Part shown: positions 29,605 through 38,457 of the stretch, piece by piece
Layout of the letters: the number at the start of each line of letters is the position of its first letter
How positions within the stretch are numbered: position 1 is the stretch's first letter
Origin: a virus
Taxonomy: Duplodnaviria; Caudoviricetes
Length of the DNA: 64,000 nt
Direction: 5' to 3' (one strand)
IMG/VR virus record: IMGVR_UViG_3300031555_004942
Location: 1-64,000 of that record
Notes under the pieces: generated by a model
Seen by the model: the letters and a program-made list of their open reading frames with translations, nothing else
Told to the model about the DNA's origin: nothing
Database searches by the model: none
Made by a program: the position numbers and the translations under genes

Positions 29605-29862
29605 TTAAAATTCGATACAATAATTATAGCCTGTAGTCTCTGCTTTATAACCTTCTGTCTTTAAATATTCACAAGCAAGTTCAATAATTGTATCAGTATC
29701 CCAATCATAAGGATTCTCCTCTTTGTATTTTTCAATGGCTTTTTTAGTTCTTTCAATTACTCCATTTGTTAATTCTGTTTTTCCCTCTACTTTAATATAT
29801 GCATCAATATCTGTGCCACATCCATCAACGTTTACATCAATCATTTTAATAATCTGAATCAT
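29605..29862 (-). CDS. hypothetical protein
   Basis: SD GAAAGGAG. Confidence 0.75.
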   Translation of the reverse strand: MIQIIKMIDVNVDGCGTDIDAYIKVEGKTELTNGVIERTKKAIEKYKEENPYDWDTDTIIELACEYLKTEGYKAETTGYNYCIEF

Positions 29863-29886
29863 AATAAATTACTCCTTTCAATTATC

Positions 29887-30339
29887 TTACTCCCAATATG
29901 TTTTTATAAATCCTTGTTCTGGGTCGTCATAGCTTCTGTTTTTACATTCTTCATATGTTCCTTTATAAGAAGCTGAAACAAGTTTTAAAGGATATTTTAG
30001 ATTGTCTATATCTTTATCGGAACATGTAATTTTGATTCCTTTGCAACGATTCTCTTGCAGACAAGTATTTCCTCGTTCTAAGATATCTTTCATTGTAGAT
30101 GGATATTCTTCACCTTCAAATATCATACCTTCACATTTGTTCCAATATGCAAGAATTCCATATAGATCCGCATTTTCTTTTGTATCATCATATTCAAATA
30201 CAAGTCCATAATCATAATATCTGTCTTTAATAAACCCACCTCCAAATTCTTGTGGAATTAAAATCTTATATACATCTCCATCCACCAAATTTCTTCTTTT
30301 TGTTGTTTTGTCTGCTCTTTCCCATGAAAAACTTCCCAT
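29887..30339 (-). CDS. hypothetical phage protein
   Basis: MGSFSW..YYDYG..DLYGILAYWN..DPEQG; SD. Confidence 0.75.
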   Translation of the reverse strand: MGSFSWERADKTTKRRNLVDGDVYKILIPQEFGGGFIKDRYYDYGLVFEYDDTKENADLYGILAYWNKCEGMIFEGEEYPSTMKDILERGNTCLQENRCKGIKITCSDKDIDNLKYPLKLVSASYKGTYEECKNRSYDDPEQGFIKTYWE

Positions 30340-30360
30340 GTTATTTTACCATCCTTTCTA

Positions 30361-30558
30361 TTATTTAATTAAGTTATTATGTTTTAATATGCATTTATTG
30401 CATACATAAACCTCAGTTGTTTTGTTATCTATAACAGGATCAGAAATTTTTATTGAATATTTAACACTCTTTGTAGTCTCACAAAAATGACATTTGAGAT
30501 TTTTATTTTGCCAATCATTTATAAGTTTACTTCTCATGATTAAACTTTTTTCTTCCAT
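30361..30558 (-). CDS. small Zn-finger protein
   Basis: CHFC..CNKC. Confidence 0.7.
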   Translation of the reverse strand: MEEKSLIMRSKLINDWQNKNLKCHFCETTKSVKYSIKISDPVIDNKTTEVYVCNKCILKHNNLIK

Positions 30559-30613
30559 AATATTTCCTCCTTATAAATTCTTAATATTTTATTTATTGAT
30601 TATTATATATTTT

Positions 30614-30919
30614 TTAATTTACATCAAAAGTAAAAGTAGCTATACCAAATTCTTCTTCTGTAAGAATGAAAAAGCTATTTTCATTTGCATCATTTACATC
30701 ATGCAAATAATAACCTTTGTTATCTTTTTTTATAAGTTTACATTCTGCTCCATTCATACAAATCACTTCATGATTAAGAGAACATAAATTATAATAATCT
30801 CCATAATATTGCATAGAATCATTATCATAAGTTATATGTTGTATAATATAACCATTATCTAAAACAACTTTATTTTGATTATAAAGATTTTCAATGCTTA
30901 AACAATATGTTTTATTCAT
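30614..30919 (-). CDS. hypothetical protein
   Basis: SD AAGGAG. Confidence 0.7.
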   Translation of the reverse strand: MNKTYCLSIENLYNQNKVVLDNGYIIQHITYDNDSMQYYGDYYNLCSLNHEVICMNGAECKLIKKDNKGYYLHDVNDANENSFFILTEEEFGIATFTFDVN

Positions 30920-30934
30920 CTTTTTAATCTCCTT

Positions 30935-31222
30935 TTAATCTTCAAACTTTGGTTCATGTTTTACAGCTTTTAATTCTTTAGTATACTCAACCTTGCCACA
31001 TTTCTTACAAGTTCTACTCCATCTTGCAACCTTACTTTCTGTATATCCTACTAATTCAGGCATATAATCACTACCTATAAACCTATCTTCAAATCTAGGC
31101 ATCTGTTTAATTTCAGGATTATACTCGATATCCCCCCATTCATGATTGCATTCAGATTGCTCTTTACGTAGATTTGCTAATTCCTTTTCATACCTACTTC
31201 TGATTTCTTCCTCTCTTGTCAT
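30935..31222 (-). CDS. hypothetical protein
   Basis: CNHEW..CKKCG; SD. Confidence 0.7.
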   Translation of the reverse strand: MTREEEIRSRYEKELANLRKEQSECNHEWGDIEYNPEIKQMPRFEDRFIGSDYMPELVGYTESKVARWSRTCKKCGKVEYTKELKAVKHEPKFED

Positions 31223-31223
31223 T

Positions 31224-31997
31224 TTAATTACTCCTTTCTTTTGCATAATTATATATCTTATCAGTAATATCTTCCTCAAAAATATTACCTATAAAATATT
31301 CATCTTTTTCATCCATATGACGATAACTCATATCACAACTCGAATATAAGTTACCATTATAAGAAATATATATTTGACCCTCATTTATCCATATATCTTC
31401 ATCTTGATATTCAGATAATTCAAGATAAGGCTTTTCAAGAGGTGTTGTTCTATATCCCCATGACAGATCTTTAGCTCTACCTTCTTCTATAAGATAAACA
31501 TAACTAAAATCTGTCTTTTTATCTTGTGTTCGAATATATTCTCTTTCCTTTTCATAATATTCTCCATAATCTTCTATGATTTCATATTGATATTTACATA
31601 TGTTTTTGTTAAGTTTATCATATGGAACAAATTCTTCATGAAACATATCCGAAGAAAAAGCTAAACCACATATTTCTGGTTCACTTGATATATTATATAA
31701 TCTATCACAAAGTTCAACAAGTTTATGATGATATACTTTACCGTTTGTGACAATATAAAACGCATATAATGAATTTAACCGATTAACAAATGATTCAAGA
31801 ATGTCAAGAGCTAATGTTGGTTCACCTCCTCCAAAAGTTATTTCTGTTTGAGACATATCAAAAATATCAAATATCCGATTAATTACTTCTTCGGACATCT
31901 TTTTATTTTGAGCAGGTCCTCTCAAACAATGTTTACATGCAATATTGCATTTTCTACTTATTTCTGGAATTAATTGATAAGCATGAATTTTACACAT
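31224..31997 (-). CDS. radical SAM protein
   Basis: CNIACKHC motif, FGGGEP, VTNG, partial SPASM-like tail. Confidence 0.9.
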   Translation of the reverse strand: MCKIHAYQLIPEISRKCNIACKHCLRGPAQNKKMSEEVINRIFDIFDMSQTEITFGGGEPTLALDILESFVNRLNSLYAFYIVTNGKVYHHKLVELCDRLYNISSEPEICGLAFSSDMFHEEFVPYDKLNKNICKYQYEIIEDYGEYYEKEREYIRTQDKKTDFSYVYLIEEGRAKDLSWGYRTTPLEKPYLELSEYQDEDIWINEGQIYISYNGNLYSSCDMSYRHMDEKDEYFIGNIFEEDITDKIYNYAKERSN

Positions 31998-32122
31998 ATT
32001 ATTTATCCTCCTCATCTTTTATTATATTTTTATTTTCACAAGAGAAAAAATCTTGTTCTAACATGCAATTTTCACAAGCTTCAAAATCTATTCCATTATT
32101 AGGACAATCTTTGCAATTCATA

Positions 32123-32731
32123 TCATTTATCCTCCTTATTTATGTTTTTTGATATTCTATCCAAAGCTATTTTAAATGGATCTATATCTTCTAAACATGA
32201 ATGTAATAAATCCCAATTTGTTGTACCTATCCTATTCATTGTTTTATCCATATAAAAACCTAACATATGTTGAATAACTTCTGATGCAATAGATGCAGAT
32301 AGTAAATATTGTTGAATATAATTATCATTTTCAGAAAATTCTTGAATCTTTTCAATATCTATTATCTCTTGTACTAACATAGGAAATATAAATTCCAAAT
32401 GCATCATATCGAAGTCAATCATATGAGGTTTTACATCATAATCTTTACATACTTGTTGTACTTTTTTGGGGTCTAAATATTCTGCTGTTGGCACAAGATA
32501 TAATGTTGAATAAATTTTATTGTTTAATTCTTTAATTTCTAAAATTTCGAGATGAAGAACTAAATGATAATCAAATTTCATAGCATCTTCTTCAAAATCA
32601 TATTTATATATTTCTTTTGATTTAAATATAATTTCATCATCTGTAGTCCATTCGATTTCCCAATAATCTTTCCAATCAGTCCGATTATGCTTCTTTGGGG
32701 TGATACTCCATACTGTTAGATAGTTATTCAT
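32123..32731 (-). CDS. hypothetical protein
   Basis: SD AAGGAGG. Confidence 0.75.
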   Translation of the reverse strand: MNNYLTVWSITPKKHNRTDWKDYWEIEWTTDDEIIFKSKEIYKYDFEEDAMKFDYHLVLHLEILEIKELNNKIYSTLYLVPTAEYLDPKKVQQVCKDYDVKPHMIDFDMMHLEFIFPMLVQEIIDIEKIQEFSENDNYIQQYLLSASIASEVIQHMLGFYMDKTMNRIGTTNWDLLHSCLEDIDPFKIALDRISKNINKEDK

Positions 32732-32749
32732 AATAAATTCCTCCTTATT

Positions 32750-33151
32750 TTATTTTATAACAATACCATATTTTTTACATTTATTTATTATTTCTTCAAT
32801 AGTTTTTTTACCTAAATTTCTAATTTGCATCAAATCATATTTAGTTTTTCCTTCAAAATCTGAAAGATAGTAATATCCTCCTCTTGTGCAACAATTATAT
32901 GCACGAACAGAAAGATCTAAATTTTCAATAGATAGATCTCGTTGTCCATAAATCATTGTTCCATCATAATATTTAACCGTCCATTTTAATCCTTCAATAA
33001 AAGCTTTTGCTTCCTCTTCTGTTTCAAATTCTGCTATTGTATTAGATGATGAAAAAATTCCATTTGCTTTTACTTTTTTATTATCTTGAAAAATTTCTAT
33101 TTTTTTATATCCTTTTATAAGAATAATATTTGTTAAAATTTTTTCATACAT
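32750..33151 (-). CDS. protein with RNA polymerase alpha-subunit C-terminal domain
   Basis: SIENLDLSVRAYNCC..LMQIRNLGKKTIEEI matches alpha-CTD. Confidence 0.85.
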   Translation of the reverse strand: MYEKILTNIILIKGYKKIEIFQDNKKVKANGIFSSSNTIAEFETEEEAKAFIEGLKWTVKYYDGTMIYGQRDLSIENLDLSVRAYNCCTRGGYYYLSDFEGKTKYDLMQIRNLGKKTIEEIINKCKKYGIVIK

Positions 33152-33157
33152 ATTATT

Positions 33158-33346
33158 TCACTCCTTATTTATAGCTTTTGAACATCTTTCTTTAAACTCT
33201 TTAAATATTTGTTCTTGTTTAAATTTAAATTCTTCTTCTGCCATTTTTATTTCTCTCATTGTATATCGTGAGCAAGTTTTAAGTCCACAAGTTTGTGTGT
33301 TATTTGTAGCATACCCACATGAACAATCATTAGCTATATATTTCAT
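33158..33346 (-). CDS. hypothetical protein
   Basis: SD AAGGAG. Confidence 0.65.
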   Translation of the reverse strand: MKYIANDCSCGYATNNTQTCGLKTCSRYTMREIKMAEEEFKFKQEQIFKEFKERCSKAINKE

Positions 33347-33360
33347 AGAACTTCACTCCT

Positions 33361-33705
33361 TTATAATAAATTATATAATTTATCTGCTGTTTCTTCAAGT
33401 GTTTTTTGTTTCCATTGGGCATCTTCAACTAAATCTACAACACTATTTGGAATTCCATTTTTACCTCGATTTTCAACATATACTTCAACTTCTTCATCTA
33501 TATCAAAATTACAAGCATATTTATAAAATTCTTGAATGAACCCATTGTTTGTTCCATCAAAGAATATTGTTATCCACCAATCTTCTCCTAATGGTGTTGA
33601 TTGATTAAGTTCAACAAGTATTCCATTACTTTGTTTTGTTATTTCTCCAACAACAAAATCATTATCTTCAAGAATTTTTACAATATCTTTTTTAAATTTT
33701 TTCAT
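33361..33705 (-). CDS. hypothetical protein
   Basis: SD AAGGAGG. Confidence 0.75.
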   Translation of the reverse strand: MKKFKKDIVKILEDNDFVVGEITKQSNGILVELNQSTPLGEDWWITIFFDGTNNGFIQEFYKYACNFDIDEEVEVYVENRGKNGIPNSVVDLVEDAQWKQKTLEETADKLYNLL

Positions 33706-33717
33706 TTTTATTCCTCC

Positions 33718-34002
33718 TTAAATACGATATGAGATTGTGTAATCACAAACTTCAACATCTAGATTATTTATTTTCTTGTAATAACTATTAAGTTTTAAAT
33801 CTACAATATCACAATATTCTTTGCAGTCTTTAGCAAGTCTTGAACAAATCCATCTATGAATATCATAAATATCATTTCTTTCCAATCCCCATTCATGATT
33901 ACCTGATACTTGAACTACAATTGTTTTAATTCCATCATCAATGTTTTGACTTATTTTTTTCATGTCAACAGTTCCATATCCTTGCCAATGTTTTGCTTTC
34001 AT
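33718..34002 (-). CDS. hypothetical protein
   Basis: SD GAGGAG. Confidence 0.75.
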   Translation of the reverse strand: MKAKHWQGYGTVDMKKISQNIDDGIKTIVVQVSGNHEWGLERNDIYDIHRWICSRLAKDCKEYCDIVDLKLNSYYKKINNLDVEVCDYTISYRI

Positions 34003-34004
34003 AA

Positions 34005-34289
34005 TTAAAACTCCTCTCCATCATAAACATAATCATACTTTAAACCATATAGTTTTTCATTTATTTGATCTCTGTGTAATTTATTCCAATCTAATATAAA
34101 TTCTCTTCTTTGATCAGGTTTATTCATTTTTTCATTATCATAAAATATATCAGGATTATTATTTAAAATATTATTAATGATAAACCTTTTTAATTTTTTT
34201 ATGGATGTTGTTGCCATACATATACCCATAGGTTGGTCTATTAAGTTACATTTTTGAACAATAAATATTTGTTTTTTACTTGTTTCCAT
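34005..34289 (-). CDS. hypothetical protein
   Basis: SD AAGGAG. Confidence 0.7.
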   Translation of the reverse strand: METSKKQIFIVQKCNLIDQPMGICMATTSIKKLKRFIINNILNNNPDIFYDNEKMNKPDQRREFILDWNKLHRDQINEKLYGLKYDYVYDGEEF

Positions 34290-34335
34290 AATCGTAAATC
34301 TCCTTTAAAAAAGAGAGGAGAATTATCTCCTCTCC

Positions 34336-34827
34336 TTAATTTAATTCTATATCAATAATTGATTCTTCTTTATTTATTTGATAAATAGGTGGTAATGAAG
34401 GACATTGTTCCCATTTTATATACTTTGATAAATTTTTAGTTAAACTTATTTTTACTTTAACTATATACTCATCTGAATCAACATATCCTCCATTGTATGT
34501 TGTTTGTACTTCAACAAAGAGTTCATTATCATAAATTCTTTCAATTTCACAACATTGAAATATTATATCTTTAAATGTTTCAGTTGATGGTTTGCTATCT
34601 CCTATATATCTATAAAGATAAGATTCTCCAATAAATTTTCCTTCAATGTTTTTTTCTGTTATTGCAAACATTGTGACATATTTATTTTTTTCATTTTGTT
34701 GTTTATAATAATAATTATAATTTTTCCGAACTGGACATTTATCACAATTTGTTGCATTCATTACTATACAATTTAAACAAACTAAGTCCATAGCTTCTGT
34801 TAACTTGTTATATTCTTCTTGGTTCAT
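34336..34827 (-). CDS. hypothetical protein with N-terminal Cys cluster
   Basis: CLNC..CDKCPV; followed by GAGAGGAGA terminator. Confidence 0.75.
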   Translation of the reverse strand: MNQEEYNKLTEAMDLVCLNCIVMNATNCDKCPVRKNYNYYYKQQNEKNKYVTMFAITEKNIEGKFIGESYLYRYIGDSKPSTETFKDIIFQCCEIERIYDNELFVEVQTTYNGGYVDSDEYIVKVKISLTKNLSKYIKWEQCPSLPPIYQINKEESIIDIELN

Positions 34828-34865
34828 AATTTTACTCCTTTTTTATTATTTTTTAATTTTAAGAC

Positions 34866-34894
34866 TTGACAATTTTAAAATTATATGATATAAT
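34866..34894 (+). promoter_or_regulatory. antisense sigmaA promoter, cassette D
   Basis: TTGACA-17bp-(TG)TATAAT. Confidence 0.85.
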
Positions 34895-34899
34895 ATACA

Positions 34900-35037
34900 A
34901 AAGAGGAGATTTCTCTCCTCTGATGTATTAATTGTATGGAATAAAATCCAAATTAGGATTAAATCCCAAATTTATGTCAAATATAATATTTGACTCTGTA
35001 GAGACTATTTCATGGGGAGGAGTAGTCTCTTTTATTT
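34900..35037 (+). ncRNA. putative antisense sRNA, cassette D
   Basis: Same hairpins as B; terminator AGAGACTATTTC/GGAGTAGTCTCT with a compensatory change relative to B. Confidence 0.7.
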
Positions 35038-35053
35038 GTTCATTATTATCCAT
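34928..35053 (-). CDS. 41-aa peptide, cassette D (family 1)
   Basis: SD GAAAGGAG; MDNNEQIKETTPPHEIVSTESNIIFDINLGFNPNLDFIPYN. Confidence 0.8.
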   Translation of the reverse strand: MDNNEQIKETTPPHEIVSTESNIIFDINLGFNPNLDFIPYN

Positions 35054-35133
35054 ATATTTCAACTCCTTTCTATATTAAATTTTAAATAACTTAAATCATA
35101 AGCATCACTTCTTTCAAATATAATTTTATTATT

Positions 35134-36033
35134 TTATGCTGCGATTTTTGAATTAACCAACTGTATGAAATTCATCATTAGTCTTGGGTCAAATGTAACT
35201 GTTACAAATTTATTTTCTTCTGCTGTCGAAGTTTTTCTTGTTGGTTCTCTATGTGTTATATAATCTGAATATGCATTAATCATTCCCCACATTGAATTCC
35301 TAAAGTTACCATTGTCATTTACTTTATATGCTTGCATAAATTGTGTTCTTGCATTTTCCATACGTTCAATCTGATAATCTTTCATATCGTATTGTATAGG
35401 AAATAATTCATTAATAACTTTTTGAACCTCTATGTCAGAAACTAGTGTGGTTGCCCATCGTGTTGCTTGTTTATTAAGTTCCTGCATGTAATCTGCAGTT
35501 CCTTTAAGAACATGGAATGCTTCTTTAAGACGAACTTCTGCAAGAGAACTATGTCTAATTGTGATTGTATTTGGGGATTCTCTGAATGCAATGTTAAATT
35601 GATTTTGACATACAATTCTTAATGGACAAATTGTTGTCTGAAGCTGAAAACGTCCATTATGAGAATTTCTAAATATCAGATGAGGTTTAAATTCATCACC
35701 TAATATTTTAATAGGTTCTAAAGAAGCAATTAAATAAATCATGCCTCCTGATGTCTCCCCAATCTTTTCAAACTGAATATCATCTTTTAGATAATCTATA
35801 AATCCAAAAGCATCACGATTCTGAACAACATTATACTTATCTGATACAATTCCATAAACATGATTATCTGTATTTCTTACAGTTGCTTGATTTCCATCAA
35901 TTATTGTACCATCTGCAAGAAATATTGGTTTTTTATGAACTTCATAATCAAGCCCACCAATTCTCAATGCTTCATCTACTGTTGTTGCCCCTATTGTATT
36001 TGTTCCTAAATTTGTAAATGTGTTTGTTCTCAT
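35134..36033 (-). CDS. DUF932/DUF945-family phage/plasmid protein
   Basis: VSDKYNVVQNRDAF, NSHNG, PLRIVCQN, IRH, WGMINAYSDY. Confidence 0.85.
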   Translation of the reverse strand: MRTNTFTNLGTNTIGATTVDEALRIGGLDYEVHKKPIFLADGTIIDGNQATVRNTDNHVYGIVSDKYNVVQNRDAFGFIDYLKDDIQFEKIGETSGGMIYLIASLEPIKILGDEFKPHLIFRNSHNGRFQLQTTICPLRIVCQNQFNIAFRESPNTITIRHSSLAEVRLKEAFHVLKGTADYMQELNKQATRWATTLVSDIEVQKVINELFPIQYDMKDYQIERMENARTQFMQAYKVNDNGNFRNSMWGMINAYSDYITHREPTRKTSTAEENKFVTVTFDPRLMMNFIQLVNSKIAA

Positions 36034-36051
36034 AATATTTTCCTCCTATAA

Positions 36052-36261
36052 TTAAATATGTTTTTTAATATTGATTAAATCTACAATGTTTTCAAGAAGT
36101 TCAATTCTTTCACTATAACTCATAACTTCTTTATTTACTTGATAATCACCTGTAAGTCTTTCAATTATACTATCAAAAACTTCTTCTTTAGTTCTTCCTG
36201 AGATTGTATAAATTTTCTTTTGTGTATTACAGTTATTACAATAAGTGTCTTTTGGATGCAT
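36052..36261 (-). CDS. hypothetical protein
   Basis: SD AAGGAG. Confidence 0.65.
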   Translation of the reverse strand: MHPKDTYCNNCNTQKKIYTISGRTKEEVFDSIIERLTGDYQVNKEVMSYSERIELLENIVDLINIKKHI

Positions 36262-36302
36262 AATAATTTCTCCTTTTTTATAAAAAATTTTTAAAATAAT
36301 AC

Positions 36303-36331
36303 TTGACAATTTTATTTTTTTATGTTATAAT
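36303..36331 (+). promoter_or_regulatory. antisense sigmaA promoter, cassette E
   Basis: TTGACA-17bp-(TG)TATAAT. Confidence 0.85.
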
Positions 36332-36336
36332 GTAGA

Positions 36337-36479
36337 TATAGAAGTAAAGTATAGGTTTACTTCTTGATATATTATCTACATATAGGTAGAATTAATTCTT
36401 CTACTTGTTCACTATAACAGCAGTTATAGGTTTTTGATGGAATGAACACAGGGTTGAATGCAGGGTTCATTCCTTTTTT
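36337..36479 (+). ncRNA. putative antisense sRNA, cassette E
   Basis: AGAAGTAAA-GTATAGG-TTTACTTCT; GTAGAA/TTCTAC; CTATAAC/GTTATAG; GGAATGAAC/GTTCATTCC-TTTTTT. Confidence 0.72.
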
Positions 36480-36530
36480 ACTATCAATAATAATCTTTTG
36501 ACCATTAGTAATAATATAATGATTATTCAT
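36372..36530 (-). CDS. 52-aa peptide, cassette E (family 2)
   Basis: SD AAAGGAG; MNNHYIITNGQKIIIDSKKGMNPAFNPVFIPSKTYNCCYSEQVEELILPICR. Confidence 0.75.
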   Translation of the reverse strand: MNNHYIITNGQKIIIDSKKGMNPAFNPVFIPSKTYNCCYSEQVEELILPICR

Positions 36531-36621
36531 ATTATCATCTCCTTTACTTATATAATCTTAATTAAAGAATTCCTATACAATTCTTTTTTTATTAAATCAT
36601 AATACATCAACTCCCTTCATA

Positions 36622-37254
36622 TTAATCTAAATCTTCAGCTATATAATTTTCAATTTTATCAATTTCTTCAATTATTGGTTCTATCAAGTCTAATTCTCCT
36701 GTGTCTTTAAAATCATTCTTTAATTTGAATAGTTTGTTTAATGTTGTCATTAAATTATTATCAACAAATGTTTTAAATGATTCTAAACTTAGACGTTTTT
36801 TGTTATTTTCATTTATAAGTTTATTTATTTTATCATTTTGTACATTTATAATAAAATCTTCAATCTTATTACAAATTTCATCAAAATCTAATTCTAGAAT
36901 TACTGGATTGTCTACACAAAATTCTGTATAATATATTGAACTGTTAATTCCTTTTGATAAATCTATATTACGATTATCAAACAATAAATTCCATTTTTCA
37001 TGAGAATAATCAAATGTAATATGAACACTACTAACTCCTCTGTATTTAAGTGTATATGATTTTGAGGTTTGTATATTCATACCTGTTGATAATTCTTTCA
37101 AGATGGCAGTATAAATTCTTAAACGTGCATAGAGAGAACTTAATAATGTATTAGCTAATTGAATGCCATCATCTTTTATTTGTTCATTTAATTTTTTATT
37201 TTCTGCCTTTAATTCTTTTATTTGTTTCATGTTTTCTAAAATTTCTTTTTTCAT
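36622..37254 (-). CDS. coiled-coil hypothetical protein
   Basis: SD AAGGAG. Confidence 0.75.
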   Translation of the reverse strand: MKKEILENMKQIKELKAENKKLNEQIKDDGIQLANTLLSSLYARLRIYTAILKELSTGMNIQTSKSYTLKYRGVSSVHITFDYSHEKWNLLFDNRNIDLSKGINSSIYYTEFCVDNPVILELDFDEICNKIEDFIINVQNDKINKLINENNKKRLSLESFKTFVDNNLMTTLNKLFKLKNDFKDTGELDLIEPIIEEIDKIENYIAEDLD

Positions 37255-37500
37255 AATATTTTCTCCTTTTATTAAAAAATTGTTAGACAGGTTATTTTGA
37301 GTGATTTTGTTACTGTAACACACTCTGCTTGAGTAACTGTGTATTATTACATAGAACCTTCATCAAGTTCTATCTCTCGTTCTGCTTCAAATTCATCATC
37401 TGCAGAACACATGAACTCTCCATTCCTAAAGACTTCATAATGTCCTTTGTTTGGAATGATTTCATAATAATTTGACATTGTTTTACCTCCTTTCATAATT

Positions 37501-37849
37501 TTGCTGAATTCAGAATATTTTACGTTAAAGAGTTATAAAATTGAAACTCAATAATCTTTATATTCTAAATTTTTTAGTTTTTTGAGGGCATAAATCTGTA
37601 AAGTTCAGTGGATAGTTTTATTTAATTCTGGAACTTGTTTTTAAAATTCCTTGAATTGTTTTTTAAACTCATAGAACCTCTTTTAGAAATCCTATGAGTT
37701 ATTTGTTGTCCTTCCACATCACTATTTATCATTGGTATGTTGACCTCCTTTCTTGTGTATGTATGATACCCTCCGAGATGTAATAAAACATCTCTATAAG
37801 CCTACAATAAAATTATTATAAGCTTATAGAGACACTTTATCGTGTCTCT
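37501..37849 (-). repeat. duplicated leader element, copy 1
   Basis: Ordered conserved blocks shared with 38458..38780. Confidence 0.75.
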
Positions 37850-37853
37850 TTTT

Positions 37854-38234
37854 TTATAACCAATATTCTCCTTTCTTTCCCATAATACAAGGTATGTATT
37901 CTTTTACACCTTGTTTTATGGTTATTTTGATTCCTTTACTTCCATAAATGTATGGAATACGGACATCATCAAAACGAACTACATTAATGTCATAAAGTAA
38001 TTCATTTACTTTAGTTACATTAAATGCAACACAACGTATAAAATCCATAATATAAAACATTTCGTTATCCTCTATTTCAGATAGTAGTTGTTTTACGTTA
38101 ACATCATCTTCAAATAAATATGTAATATATCCATTTAAAGATTCTTTTGTCCGAAATTCCTCTGAATATTTTTGTGCCATCTTGTAAGTCTTGAAACCTA
38201 CATTAATTCTTGTCCTTAATCCTATTTTTGCCAT
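37854..38234 (-). CDS. hypothetical protein
   Basis: SD AAGGAGG. Confidence 0.75.
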   Translation of the reverse strand: MAKIGLRTRINVGFKTYKMAQKYSEEFRTKESLNGYITYLFEDDVNVKQLLSEIEDNEMFYIMDFIRCVAFNVTKVNELLYDINVVRFDDVRIPYIYGSKGIKITIKQGVKEYIPCIMGKKGEYWL

Positions 38235-38251
38235 TTGTTTGTTCCTCCTTT

Positions 38252-38437
38252 TTATCTTAACGTAGTTGCTGTCATTAACCCGTAAATCAGTAAAGTTTGA
38301 AAGCATATACAGATTAATACAAACAGTTTTATTTCAATAACCCGATTTTTTCTCCGAATTCTCTTTTTCCTATTTTGCTCCATTTTATAAAATCTTTTCG
38401 CTGTAGCATTTTCTGCCCAAGTTTTTGAATAATACAT
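38252..38437 (-). CDS. small membrane protein
   Basis: Basic N-terminus and C-terminal TM; SD. Confidence 0.65.
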   Translation of the reverse strand: MYYSKTWAENATAKRFYKMEQNRKKRIRRKNRVIEIKLFVLICICFQTLLIYGLMTATTLR

Positions 38438-38457
38438 ATTTTTTCTCCTTTCGTTTT

